Shown here one piece after another: positions 18,737 to 28,013 of a stretch of 64,000 nt of DNA. The notes under the pieces were generated by a model. It made no database searches. It was not told the DNA's origin and worked only from the letters and a program-made list of their open reading frames with translations. The position numbers and the translations under genes were made by a program. The stretch covers positions 7,652 through 71,651 of IMG/VR virus record IMGVR_UViG_3300049142_000060; one strand, written 5' to 3'. This stretch comes from a virus. Taxonomy: Duplodnaviria > Caudoviricetes. Each line of letters opens with the position of its first letter. The stretch's first letter is position 1.

Positions 18737-19201
18737 TTAGGCCGCCCGCTGGCCCGACCAGCCGTCGAGGGTGAACGGCTGGTTGCGGCGGTACGCGTCG
18801 ATGCCTGTCCGGATGTAGGGAACCATGTCCCCGGGGAGGTCATCGAGACTGAACCAGTCGATCTTGTCGCACTTGCCGGGCTCGGCGTTCACAGGCTCGC
18901 CGATCCAGCGTCTGCCGGCGAAGAAGACACCGAGGCGCGCCTCGCCGTCCGGGTCGGCGTGGTGGCACAGGCCAGCGAAGGCAAGCTCACCTGGGTCGAT
19001 AGCGATGCCGAGTTCCTCGCGGGCCTCGCGGGCGGCGCCCTCGGGCAGAGACTCGCCGGCATCCAGGCAGCCGCCCGGGACGGACCATGACCCGTCCGCG
19101 AAACCGGTGTTCGCGCGGAGCAGCAGCAGCACCTTGTCCTGCCGGCGGAGGATCAGGTGCACACCGACGTGGGGTCGGAAGATTTCGGCTGATGTGGCCA
19201 T
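18737..19201 (-). CDS. NUDIX hydrolase
   Basis: Nudix box GGCLDAGESLPEGAAREAREELGI; EPGKCDKIDWF. Confidence 0.9.
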   Translation of the reverse strand: MATSAEIFRPHVGVHLILRRQDKVLLLLRANTGFADGSWSVPGGCLDAGESLPEGAAREAREELGIAIDPGELAFAGLCHHADPDGEARLGVFFAGRRWIGEPVNAEPGKCDKIDWFSLDDLPGDMVPYIRTGIDAYRRNQPFTLDGWSGQRAA

Positions 19202-19291
19202 GGCCGTGCTCCCCGCAGTGGCGATGAGTCGTGGGCGTCACGCTATCGCAGCTTCGGGGAGACACGGCCATGATCGAGGCGAACAGCCATT

Positions 19292-19981
19292 TCAGCGACG
19301 CGTGAGAGGCACCTGGACGCTGGCCATCGCGTGAACCATGTCGGTGAGGTGGTCGGCGAGCTCGACCGGCGTGCGGCCATCGGTGTGCAGATGGTAGGCA
19401 GTCGGGTCGGTGCTCGCGATGGCGTCGTAGTTGGCCTGGAGGCGACGCAGAAGGTCCCTGTCGGCGATCAGGTCACGGTCGGATGCGGTCTGGTCGCGTT
19501 TGGCGGTCATCCGGGCGGCGAGCTCGTCGAAGTCGGTGTGGAGGTAGACGGTCAGGTCGGGCTGGGCGAGGTAGCTGGTGAACGGCGCGATCGTCGTGGC
19601 GGCGGTGGCGTTGTCCAGACCGTGCACGGCGGCGTGGTTGGCGATGACCGAGTTGATGTAGCGGTCGGCCACGGCGTGCCCGGTTTGAAGCGCCTGGCGG
19701 GCCAGGTCGGAGGCGTGGAGCGCGCCGGCGAGGTAGAAGGCGAGTTGGGGCAGGGCGAGGGCGTTGGCGTTGATGTACGGCTGCAGGGCGGAGACCGGGG
19801 CTGGGACGGTGTGGAACGGCTTGCAGTCGAGGCGCTCGGCCAGGTGGGCGGCGAGCGTGGACTTGCCCGATCCACTGATCCCTTCCAAGACCACGAAGAT
19901 GCCGGACCGGGCGGTGTCGGCTGCCTGGTAGGCGGCGGGCAGCGGCCTGTGGGTGATGGTGTGCGGCGGGGCGATGGTCAT
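19292..19981 (-). CDS. thymidylate-kinase-like nucleoside monophosphate kinase
   Basis: VVLEGISGSGKST P-loop; VADRYINS; QPDLTVYL; start overlaps radical SAM stop. Confidence 0.8.
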   Translation of the reverse strand: MTIAPPHTITHRPLPAAYQAADTARSGIFVVLEGISGSGKSTLAAHLAERLDCKPFHTVPAPVSALQPYINANALALPQLAFYLAGALHASDLARQALQTGHAVADRYINSVIANHAAVHGLDNATAATTIAPFTSYLAQPDLTVYLHTDFDELAARMTAKRDQTASDRDLIADRDLLRRLQANYDAIASTDPTAYHLHTDGRTPVELADHLTDMVHAMASVQVPLTRR

Positions 19982-21021
19982 GAGAGGGTCCCTTCGGTGA
20001 AGGCGTCCAGGTGGGCGGAGACAGCGGCCAGCAGGGCGGCCGGATCGTCGGCGTGCCGGGTGATGTCCAGGCGCAGGTCCGGGCGGAGCAGGCACGGGCT
20101 CAGGGCGCCCGCGGAGTCGAGGCGCAGCGCCCAGAATCCTTCGATGCACTGCGGCCGTGCAGGGCAGGAGCTGCACTGCCCGACGTGATGGCGGCCGAGA
20201 GCGGCGTCGATGACCTCGATAGTCATGGGCCCGCCGCGGCCGGGCACGGTGAACACCCGCCGGCCCTGACCGGTGCCGGAGGTGATGACTTCTCCGTGGG
20301 TGGCGATGGAGCGCAGGTACGCGCTGATGTCGCCGGAGGGGACCTTCGCGCCGCCCAGTCCCTGGTTGTGGTCGGTGTCGACCAGTTCGATGATCTGCAG
20401 GCCGGTGCCCAGCTCGCGGGCGTAGGCGATGATGTCCATCACCTCGTGGGCGTTCTGCTCCTGCAGCAGCAGGTTCAGCTCCACGATGGGGATGACGTCG
20501 ACAGCGGCTTCGATCCCGGCCTTGATCTTCGCGATGTCGCCGGGCTTGCCTTCGGCGATCGCGGCGATGGAGGCGTCGGAGAAGTAGTGCAGAGATATTT
20601 TGATCCGGTCCAGGGCGGTGGCGGCCAGCCAGTCGAGGTCCCTGGTGAGCGACAGCCCGTTGGTGATCAGGGTGGTGGTGTAGTCGCTCATGCGGTGTGC
20701 GGGCAGGCCCTCCAGGATCGGGCGGGCCAGCGGGGACAGCAGCGGTTCGCCGCCGGTGAAGAAGACTCGGCGGATCCCGGCGGACGTCATCGCGTTGATC
20801 GCGGTCAGGAACTCGGCGGCACCCATGACCCGGCGGCGTGGCTGGATGGTGCGGTCGTGGTGGGTGATCCGGGGCGGGATGTCTCCCTCGTTGTGGCAGA
20901 ACCAGCAGCCCAATTGACAGCGGGGGGTGAGGGAGACCCTCAACTGCCCGCCGCGGCGGGCGAAGTCGCCAGCCCCGCCCGAGAACATCTGAGGCATGGG
21001 CAGGTCAGTGCTCAGGGGCAT
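19978..21021 (-). CDS. MoaA-like radical SAM enzyme
   Basis: LRVSLTPRCQLGCWFCHNEG (CX3CX2C); FTGGEPLL; C-terminal CSSC...C...LRLDSAGALSPCL. Confidence 0.85.
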   Translation of the reverse strand: MPLSTDLPMPQMFSGGAGDFARRGGQLRVSLTPRCQLGCWFCHNEGDIPPRITHHDRTIQPRRRVMGAAEFLTAINAMTSAGIRRVFFTGGEPLLSPLARPILEGLPAHRMSDYTTTLITNGLSLTRDLDWLAATALDRIKISLHYFSDASIAAIAEGKPGDIAKIKAGIEAAVDVIPIVELNLLLQEQNAHEVMDIIAYARELGTGLQIIELVDTDHNQGLGGAKVPSGDISAYLRSIATHGEVITSGTGQGRRVFTVPGRGGPMTIEVIDAALGRHHVGQCSSCPARPQCIEGFWALRLDSAGALSPCLLRPDLRLDITRHADDPAALLAAVSAHLDAFTEGTLS

Positions 21022-21215
21022 CGCGTCCTCCCGAACGGTCCTGCCTCCCTGGTCGGGAGGCTTGAGCTCATGGTGTTTGCGGCTCAGGACGCGGTCATTG
21101 CTGGAGCGAGCGCCACACATTGCGGGTCTTCCATCAATCACGGCGGAATGGCCTGCACGGTAAGTGCCGGCTCAGCTACGGTGCAGCCAGGTGTCGCGAG
21201 CCGTGGAGGCGCCCC

Positions 21216-22619
21216 GTGGGGCAGATCACCAGGTCAAGGCGTGCACAGATCCAGCGTGAGGCGAGGGGTATCCGCATGCGCTGCCAGCGTGCGGGTCATG
21301 CGACTGGGCGAATTGTCACCGAGCTGCGCCATGCGCTCCCGGAGTTGTCGGCGTTGGAGGCGTGGCGGCTCGCGCTCGGTTGGTCGCGAGCGCAGGCCGT
21401 CGATCAGGTAGCCAAGGTCTACCTCGACGACGGACTCCAGCCGCCCGGCCTGTCGGAGTCGATGCTGTGCCGCTTCGAGCACGGCCAGGAGCGTCCCGGC
21501 CTTGAGTACGTGGAGGTGCTGGCCCGCGCCTACGGCACCACACGGCAGGCGCTCGGACTGGCGCCAAGGTGTGTGTGCAGGGACGGCCGCCGGGGATATG
21601 GTCAACCCGAGCCCCGCTGGACGCCGCTGCTATCGCCGGGAGTGGACATGACGTCACCGAGTGGACTGCCCGCTGTGAGGGCGTCGCTGCGGCTTGCCTT
21701 GCTCGATGCTCCGCAGGGCGGGCCGGCGGTGGTCGAGCTGGCGGAGGCTGCGGTCGAGCACTACGCCCTCAACTACTCCAGGCACACGCCGTCGCTGCTG
21801 TTCGATGAGGTTCACGCCTCGCGCGGGATGCTCGCCGAAGCGCTTGCCTCACCAGCGGACGAGCGGATGGGCGTAGAGATGAGGCGCATTGCTGGCTGGC
21901 TGTCAGCCCTCCTCGGCAACCTGGCATTCCACCTGGCCGATCACAGCGGCGCCCGTGCCCATCTCGCCGTGGCGGCATCCCTCGGCGAGCACGTGGGAGA
22001 TGCCCGGCTCGTCGCCTGGTCTCTCGGAGCACAGAGCATGCTCGCCCGCGCTCGCCGCAACGCAAATGCAGCCTTGTCCTACGCCGAGGCCGGGCTGGAG
22101 CGCGCCCCGTCCCCGCTGGTGCGCGCTCAACTGCTCGGCTGGGCGGTGCTGCCCTCCCTGGCTCAGCTCGGGCGCGCGGGGGATGCAGAGCGCGTTCTCG
22201 GTGAGGCAACCGCGGCGCTCGGCGTTGTCGATGAGGAGCCGGGCCGGTTCGGGTTCGACGCCGCCGAACTCAGCCTGCACGAAGCGGAAGCGTGGCTGGC
22301 GTTGGGCCGCACAGACAGGGCCGTGGTCCGAGCTCAGTCCTCGGCCGCACGGTGCGTGCCGCACACGCCCGGTTGGGCAGCAGCGACGCTCGTGCTCGCC
22401 CAGGCGGAGGCTCCGGTGCAACCAGGAGACGCCGCGGCGCGAGCTCTGGACGTCCTGGAGCGCATCCCAGCCGATCGGTTGCGGTCGACGTCCCGCGATC
22501 GGCTTCGGATCCTGGTGGGGGCGCTGGGTGATGCTGACATCGCCTCGGTGCGGGATCTGCGCGAGCGGGCTCGGACGCTGCCGCCGCCCATCGATATCCA
22601 CGGCCGCAGCACGGCGTGA
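21216..22619 (+). CDS. XRE-type HTH regulator with helical (TPR-like) C-terminal domain
   Basis: LEAWRLALGWSRAQAV...SESMLCRFEHG..RPG; start moved to GTG after GGAGG; divergent from the radical SAM operon. Confidence 0.7.
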   Translation: MGQITRSRRAQIQREARGIRMRCQRAGHATGRIVTELRHALPELSALEAWRLALGWSRAQAVDQVAKVYLDDGLQPPGLSESMLCRFEHGQERPGLEYVEVLARAYGTTRQALGLAPRCVCRDGRRGYGQPEPRWTPLLSPGVDMTSPSGLPAVRASLRLALLDAPQGGPAVVELAEAAVEHYALNYSRHTPSLLFDEVHASRGMLAEALASPADERMGVEMRRIAGWLSALLGNLAFHLADHSGARAHLAVAASLGEHVGDARLVAWSLGAQSMLARARRNANAALSYAEAGLERAPSPLVRAQLLGWAVLPSLAQLGRAGDAERVLGEATAALGVVDEEPGRFGFDAAELSLHEAEAWLALGRTDRAVVRAQSSAARCVPHTPGWAAATLVLAQAEAPVQPGDAAARALDVLERIPADRLRSTSRDRLRILVGALGDADIASVRDLRERARTLPPPIDIHGRSTA

Positions 22620-22843
22620 CACCGGATCGGCGGTAACGGGCGACTTCGGCCCAAGGGCAGTTGGACGACCTCGACGAGGTCGGCGAGATCCACGTATTCG
22701 GCCACCTCGCGAACGCTCGTGGCGTAGACAGTGGTGGACCGGTACATGCCATGGCGGGTGATGCGGAGTACTTGCCTGGGGCCGCGCCCGCGGTCGAGCT
22801 GGATCACCTCGATCTCGATTCCGGGAGCCCGCCACACACTCAC
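22334..22843 (-). CDS. small hypothetical protein (only the first ~70 aa look protein-like; the rest runs antisense to the regulator)
   Basis: MSVWRAPGIEIEVIQLD...QVLRITRHG...YVDLADLVE. Confidence 0.4.
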   Translation of the reverse strand: MSVWRAPGIEIEVIQLDRGRGPRQVLRITRHGMYRSTTVYATSVREVAEYVDLADLVEVVQLPLGRSRPLPPIRCHAVLRPWISMGGGSVRARSRRSRTEAMSASPSAPTRIRSRSRDVDRNRSAGMRSRTSRARAAASPGCTGASAWASTSVAAAQPGVCGTHRAAED

Positions 22844-23009
22844 GAATCGGACAATAGCTCATGAAACGGACAGCGCGAGAGTCTGGTCGGGAGGAGACAG
22901 GCCCCGCAAGCGAGAGCCCCAGGCCGCGGGGAAGCAGCCTGGGGCCCTCGCGCGTACGGCTGCGCGTGGGATGCGCGCGAGCCGCTTTTTGATCTTGGTG
23001 GTGGGTGGC

Positions 23010-23324
23010 TCAGTCCTCGGTGCCGTAGTTCCATGTCTCGCGACCGCGGCGGTCTGACGCGGGCAGACAGTCCGGGTACGTGGCCTTCTTGAGGCATCCC
23101 CTAGCCTGCTTGGCGTTGACGACGATCGTCACGGGCCGCCCCTCGGGCGGATCTACGGTCAGTTCGTGCTCGTCGCGAACGTCGGTGACCCTGCCCGCAG
23201 GTCCGAACGGGGCAAGCCATGCCCTCTTCGACGCCATGGGCCGCGCGTGTGGGGCACTGGACTGAGGTGTACTGCAGGTCGCCGTGGTCGAGGCGAGGAC
23301 GAGGCCGGTAAGCAGGATCTTCAT
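23010..23324 (-). CDS. putative exported/lipoprotein-like protein
   Basis: start moved to MKILLTGLVLASTTATC; the upstream part of the ORF is a repeat array. Confidence 0.45.
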   Translation of the reverse strand: MKILLTGLVLASTTATCSTPQSSAPHARPMASKRAWLAPFGPAGRVTDVRDEHELTVDPPEGRPVTIVVNAKQARGCLKKATYPDCLPASDRRGRETWNYGTED

Positions 23325-23385
23325 GTGGCGCCCTTCGCTGGGGTCGCGGCTGCGCGTGGGAAGCGCGCCGATTGGTTGTGATCTT

Positions 23386-23511
23386 GCTGCCACGGGGTGC
23401 CACGGAGGGGGGCCACACTGCTGCCACGCCGGGGTGCCACAGACCGTGGCACCACTCCTGACCTGTAACCCTCCCCCCAGCCCCCCGCCCGTGGCACCGC
23501 AGGGGTGCCAC
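23386..23511. repeat. clt-like array: 8 copies of 8-bp G(G/C)TGCCAC / GTGGCACC
   Basis: forward copies at 23386, 23396, 23409 (variant), 23420, 23433 and 23504; inverted at 23446 and 23491; ends 4 bp from the traB stop. Confidence 0.75.
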
Positions 23512-23515
23512 GGAA

Positions 23516-25789
23516 TCAAGGAAGCTCAGGCCGTGCCGGCATCAGGTAGCGCTGAGCCTCCTCGTCGTAGCCTCCGAGGACGCCCGCCTCCACGAGCTTC
23601 TTTAGGGTCTTCTGCACCCACGAGCGCGACATGTCCGTGGTCTCCCACAGGGGCTTCAGATCGCCGCTGGAGAAATCCCGGGCGCCGCCGTCCCACAGCT
23701 CTTGCAGACGCTTCATCAGGGCCGCGCCGCGCTCCTCGGGCGTCATCTTCTGCTCCGGGCCGGCGAACGTCAGGGGCGGCTCGCCGTCGTCCAGGTCGGG
23801 GATCTCGTCGTCGATGTCGCCCCGTACGTCTGGATCGGGGTCATCAGTGTTCAGGTACTCGCCGGCCACGTTCTTCACCTCCTCGTCGTCCTCTTCCTCG
23901 TCTTGCCCAGGCGCGTGGATCTCTCCTGTCTCCGGGTCGGCCATCACCATGGCAAGAGCCAGCGGTAGACCACCGACAGGCGTCTTAACCTCACGTGCTT
24001 TCCCGTCCTCGGGCGCTGGCCCGACGATGCCGGCCGACTCCATCACGTCCATGAGCTGTTCAGCCTCCTTGTGGCCGATGCGGAGCTTGCGCTGCAGCAT
24101 CGCCGTTGACCCGAACTGCGTGGTGACGACCAGCTCCACAGCCTGCAGCAGAAGCTCCTGGTCCACGGGCGGACGGTCGGCGACCGCGACAGCCGCGGGG
24201 GAGAGGCGCGACAGCTCAGCAGTGGTCGCATCCACCTCCTTGGCCGCGGCCGGCCACTGGGCGGCGTACTCGCGCATCGCCGCGTTCGCGCGCTCATCGT
24301 CGAACTCTCCCTTGGCGTCGAGTCCCCACGCATAGGTGCGCATCGGCATTGCGATCCTCCCGTCCTCGATTGAGGGCGCGTCGAGGTAAGCCATGCCGGG
24401 TTGGGCGTTGGTCCACAGCTCGGGGCGCGCGCCTGCGTCTTGCTGCCGCTCCGACAGGCCGAAGGAAGCGTCCGCGCTGTTCTCGACGCCGAAGCACATC
24501 TTCGCGAGCTGTCCGCGCGCCAAGGTCGGCATCTGCGTGTAGTCCGAGCGCTGCAACGACATGACGATCGTTCCGCCGGCGGAGCGGATCGCCTTCAGCA
24601 TGGACAGGAACTGCTCCTGCTCCTTGTCGCTCAGGCAGTCGAAGATGTCGGGGAACTCCTCCAGCCAGATCAGCCAGTAGGTGAGCCCGCAGCCGGGCTT
24701 CCACTTGGCCAGGCCCTTGCTCGCCAGGTAGTCGGTGCGTGGTTTCACCTGTGCCTGGAGTTCGGACAGCATCTTCTTGACGCCGGCTGGGGTGGTCTCG
24801 AAGCGGTGTAGTGCCGGGCGGAGCGGCCCCAGCGTCTGTTCGCCCTTGGTGATGTCGCCGGCGAACACGGCGCCGTCGCGGCGGCTGATGAACTCGGCGA
24901 GGTAGTTCCAGGCGCCGCCGAACCCCTTGCCGGCGCCAGTCATGCCCATCATCTGAAGGTGGTGGCCGACGATGATGTATCGGAGTTCGTCGAGGTCCTG
25001 CCACAGCGCCAGGCGGAACGGCTCGGCCACGCTCGCGCCCGGCCGGGAGGGGCCCGGCCAAGGGATGGGCCGCTTCATCACCCGTGGGTCGGAGATGGTG
25101 ACCTTGGCTTTGCTGGCGTCGTCAGGGTCGATGCTCGTGGTGATAGATCCTGGCGGCAGGGGGATGCCGGATTCGACGTAGGCGACCTTCTTCTGCAGGT
25201 CGTCCGCGGTCTGCCGGCCTTGCTCAAGCTGGACTTCGCCCTCGACCTTGTGTGCGGTGGCCTTGGTCGTTCTCGCCTCGATGGCGGGCATGCCGGCTCG
25301 CTCGGCGCCCTGCCCGAACAGGAAGGCGAGCGGGTCGGTGATGGCGCCGGGCTGGTCGAGGCCCTTCATGCGGATGATCGTGCGAATGTTCCAGGTCAGG
25401 GCCATGGTGACGCCGCCGATCAGCACCAGGCGGCCGGTCACGACGGTGGTCGGCCCGTTGACGGTGGCCGCGCACACCCACAGGCCGGCGAGCAGCGTCG
25501 TCAGCGTTGTGTGGGACTTGCCCCACGGGCCGCGGGCGTGCGACTGGCCGAACGTCACCCCAGTCAGCACGAGCACGGCCGCGGCCATGAGGAACATGGT
25601 CCACGCCACCACGTCTGGGTCGTCGCTGTCGAGGATGACGTGGAAGGCGCACCCGATGCCGAACACCAGCACGTACGCCACCCACGGCGACGCCAGAGTG
25701 AGGAGCTTGGACACCTCCTTGGCGGTGACCTTCGACAGGCTCGACTCCGTCTCGACGGATACGAGGTCCTTGGTGCGTCCTGCCATCAC
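23516..25789 (-). CDS. traB: TraB-type FtsK/SpoIIIE conjugative DNA translocase
   Basis: N-terminal TM helices; Walker A GMTGAGKG; Walker B LIWLEE; RSAGGTIVMSLQRSD; FtsK-gamma-like and C-terminal wHTH domains. Confidence 0.85.
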   Translation of the reverse strand: MMAGRTKDLVSVETESSLSKVTAKEVSKLLTLASPWVAYVLVFGIGCAFHVILDSDDPDVVAWTMFLMAAAVLVLTGVTFGQSHARGPWGKSHTTLTTLLAGLWVCAATVNGPTTVVTGRLVLIGGVTMALTWNIRTIIRMKGLDQPGAITDPLAFLFGQGAERAGMPAIEARTTKATAHKVEGEVQLEQGRQTADDLQKKVAYVESGIPLPPGSITTSIDPDDASKAKVTISDPRVMKRPIPWPGPSRPGASVAEPFRLALWQDLDELRYIIVGHHLQMMGMTGAGKGFGGAWNYLAEFISRRDGAVFAGDITKGEQTLGPLRPALHRFETTPAGVKKMLSELQAQVKPRTDYLASKGLAKWKPGCGLTYWLIWLEEFPDIFDCLSDKEQEQFLSMLKAIRSAGGTIVMSLQRSDYTQMPTLARGQLAKMCFGVENSADASFGLSERQQDAGARPELWTNAQPGMAYLDAPSIEDGRIAMPMRTYAWGLDAKGEFDDERANAAMREYAAQWPAAAKEVDATTAELSRLSPAAVAVADRPPVDQELLLQAVELVVTTQFGSTAMLQRKLRIGHKEAEQLMDVMESAGIVGPAPEDGKAREVKTPVGGLPLALAMVMADPETGEIHAPGQDEEEDDEEVKNVAGEYLNTDDPDPDVRGDIDDEIPDLDDGEPPLTFAGPEQKMTPEERGAALMKRLQELWDGGARDFSSGDLKPLWETTDMSRSWVQKTLKKLVEAGVLGGYDEEAQRYLMPARPELP

Positions 25790-26172
25790 ACGTCATCCCA
25801 GTTGAAGTTGGACTTGCGCTTCTCGGGGTTGGCCTTGGGGAGCACGTCCACGAACTCCTTGCGGAACTGGGCGTGGAATTTGACCAACTCGACGCCGGCG
25901 CCCTTCTGGAGCTCAGCGGCCCGCTTGAGTCTCTTGACCACGCGGCGGGCCCTGAGACGAACGTCAGGGGCGCCGAGCAGGGCGAGGATTGGGTGGCCCT
26001 TGAACGAGCGGGTCAGCACCGCGTACAGCTCATCGGAGCCGAGGGCGAACTCCTCGCCCAGATCTCGGCACAGGTTGCGGCCGATGCGGGCGTAGTCGGT
26101 GATGGCGCGCGGACCCTCCCATGGGATGGCCGACAACTCCGGGATACGGGCGCGGCCCTGGGGGTCGGTCAC
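25786..26172 (-). CDS. TraA-like plasmid transfer accessory protein
   Basis: start moved to GTG 26172; directly upstream of and coupled to traB; RLRARRVVKRLKRAAE. Confidence 0.55.
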   Translation of the reverse strand: MTDPQGRARIPELSAIPWEGPRAITDYARIGRNLCRDLGEEFALGSDELYAVLTRSFKGHPILALLGAPDVRLRARRVVKRLKRAAELQKGAGVELVKFHAQFRKEFVDVLPKANPEKRKSNFNWDDV

Positions 26173-26405
26173 AGCTCCTCCTTCCACGTCTCGCGGACGA
26201 CTTCGACGAACCGCCGGCTGCCGTAGGCGATGCGCGGCACCCCCAGGACGGAGGTCGCCAGCGCGTCGGCCGCGCCGAGCAGAAGCACGAGAACATGGCC
26301 GAGCATGGCCAGCGCGACCACCAGGCCGATGGCAGCGTCGGCGAGCAGACGGCGCGCCCGCCGGCGGAGCCCTCGACGGTCGACGTAGATGTGTGTGGTC
26401 TTCAT
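26169..26405 (-). CDS. small membrane protein in transfer operon
   Basis: 78 aa hydrophobic; coupled overlaps. Confidence 0.5.
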   Translation of the reverse strand: MKTTHIYVDRRGLRRRARRLLADAAIGLVVALAMLGHVLVLLLGAADALATSVLGVPRIAYGSRRFVEVVRETWKEEL

Positions 26406-27925
26406 GCGGTCGTCCTCTCTCGCTTGCGGTCCGCCTTAAGGCGCTTCCGCCAAGGCAGCTCCGCGACCCACTCCTTGCGCTTGCGCGAAGCGAGTGAGGG
26501 ATGGGCGCCGGCGTGGTCGGAAAGTTCCTTCGGACTGGGGTAGTTGTCCTTCGCAACTTCGGCGTCCCAGAAGGCGCGCATGACCTGCGTCTTCGGCGCG
26601 TCGTCGGCGTCTTCTGTGACCTCCTCCTCGGTGACATCCGGGCTCACATCGCCCGTCACATGAGGGGTCACATACGGGTCGTCGGAGAGGAGCCGTTCGA
26701 GGGCGTACGCGTCCGGGTTTGTGACATCGAATGTGACTGCCGGTGTGACCCTCTCGACGGTCACAGAGGGAGTCACATCGAGGGTCACAGTGTGGCCGTT
26801 GCGGGGCGCCGGAACAGCGGCGTGCGTGACCTCGGATGTGACCTGTGGTGTGACCTGCTCTGTGATCACACCGGGGGTCACACGTTCGGTCAACGCCATC
26901 AACGTCACCGCGGTCTTGTCGATGGCCCGCTGGAGCGCCTCCGCGCTGTCGAATCGGAGGTGTGCTTCCAGCGCCGCCTCGGCTTCGGCCTTTTGCTCCT
27001 GGGTGACGGGGTCGGCCCAACGGGCGGTGCGGCGCCGGGCCGCGAGCACGTCGGCGGAGCGAAGGGTGTCGATCCGGTGGAGGACGCCGTCTTGTGCTGC
27101 CTCGTCGGTGGCCAGGCCGGCGTGTTCGACGGCCTGAGCGAGCGCCTTCCGGAAGGCCTTTCGCGCGGCGCGCTGCTTGCGGTCGGAGGCGTCCTTGAGG
27201 TCGTCCAGCTTGACGACCGCAAGCGCGACTCGGTCGAGACGGCGGGCCCGGTCGACGTCGCCCGCGGTACGGTCTGTGGCTTCGGCCAGGCCGAGCCGTA
27301 CGAGGATGCGCTTCCAGGTGAAGCGCCAGTGGATACCGGACGTGCCGCGGATGCGGTGACGCTCGATGGCCATGCCCCGCTCCCACAGCCAGGCGGCCAC
27401 GAGGGGGGCGGCGAGGCGGAACACCGCCTCGGGGATGCTGCGGGCGTCCATGCTGGACAGGACCGCGGTCAGACAGGTGAGCGCCCACACGGCGGTGCCG
27501 TCGATGCCGGCGGAGAAGTTCTCACGCATGTTGCGGCGGGCACGCACCGCGGAGGCGATGATGGCGACCTCGATGAACGCGAACAGCAGCAGCCGTAGCG
27601 GGCCGTCGAGGCCGAGCACGTCGCCGGAGAAGCGCCACATGCCCTGCGCGGAGACGCTGGTCGCGATCGCTGCGGCGACCACAGTCAAGATGTCCTCGGT
27701 GGGCCGAGGGGCTACGTACTGGTGGAACGCTTTCCAGCCGAAACGCAGCAGGCAGACACCTGCAACGACGCTCATCAGAGCGAGGGTGATCCACCACACC
27801 CAAATGGGCGGGAGGTAGGGCGCGAGATGCGCCCAGACCGTCTCCCACCAGTCAGTGGGAGAGGAAACGGGAAACGGATCAGCGGGGGTACCGCTGACCT
27901 GCATGCGGACAGTACTGTCCTCCAT
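26402..27925 (-). CDS. SpdB/DUF2637-like membrane spread protein
   Basis: 4-5 TM N-terminus (SAQGMWRF...LFAFIEVAIIASA...EAVFRLAAPLVAAWLW), coiled coil, VT repeats, C-terminal HTH (YPSPKELSDHAGAHPSLASR). Confidence 0.7.
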   Translation of the reverse strand: MEDSTVRMQVSGTPADPFPVSSPTDWWETVWAHLAPYLPPIWVWWITLALMSVVAGVCLLRFGWKAFHQYVAPRPTEDILTVVAAAIATSVSAQGMWRFSGDVLGLDGPLRLLLFAFIEVAIIASAVRARRNMRENFSAGIDGTAVWALTCLTAVLSSMDARSIPEAVFRLAAPLVAAWLWERGMAIERHRIRGTSGIHWRFTWKRILVRLGLAEATDRTAGDVDRARRLDRVALAVVKLDDLKDASDRKQRAARKAFRKALAQAVEHAGLATDEAAQDGVLHRIDTLRSADVLAARRRTARWADPVTQEQKAEAEAALEAHLRFDSAEALQRAIDKTAVTLMALTERVTPGVITEQVTPQVTSEVTHAAVPAPRNGHTVTLDVTPSVTVERVTPAVTFDVTNPDAYALERLLSDDPYVTPHVTGDVSPDVTEEEVTEDADDAPKTQVMRAFWDAEVAKDNYPSPKELSDHAGAHPSLASRKRKEWVAELPWRKRLKADRKRERTTA

Positions 27926-28013
27926 GGGCTGCAGACCTCTTGTCTTGACGGGCTGGGTCTGTGGTCAAGTCCTCCGGGGCTGGTGTTGGCGCACCGGCCC
28001 CGGGGGCACTGCG

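Noticed and set aside
19978-21021. Genuine molybdenum cofactor biosynthesis gene moaA
   Set aside because: No other Moco genes are present and the context is kinase/NUDIX; gene symbol withheld.
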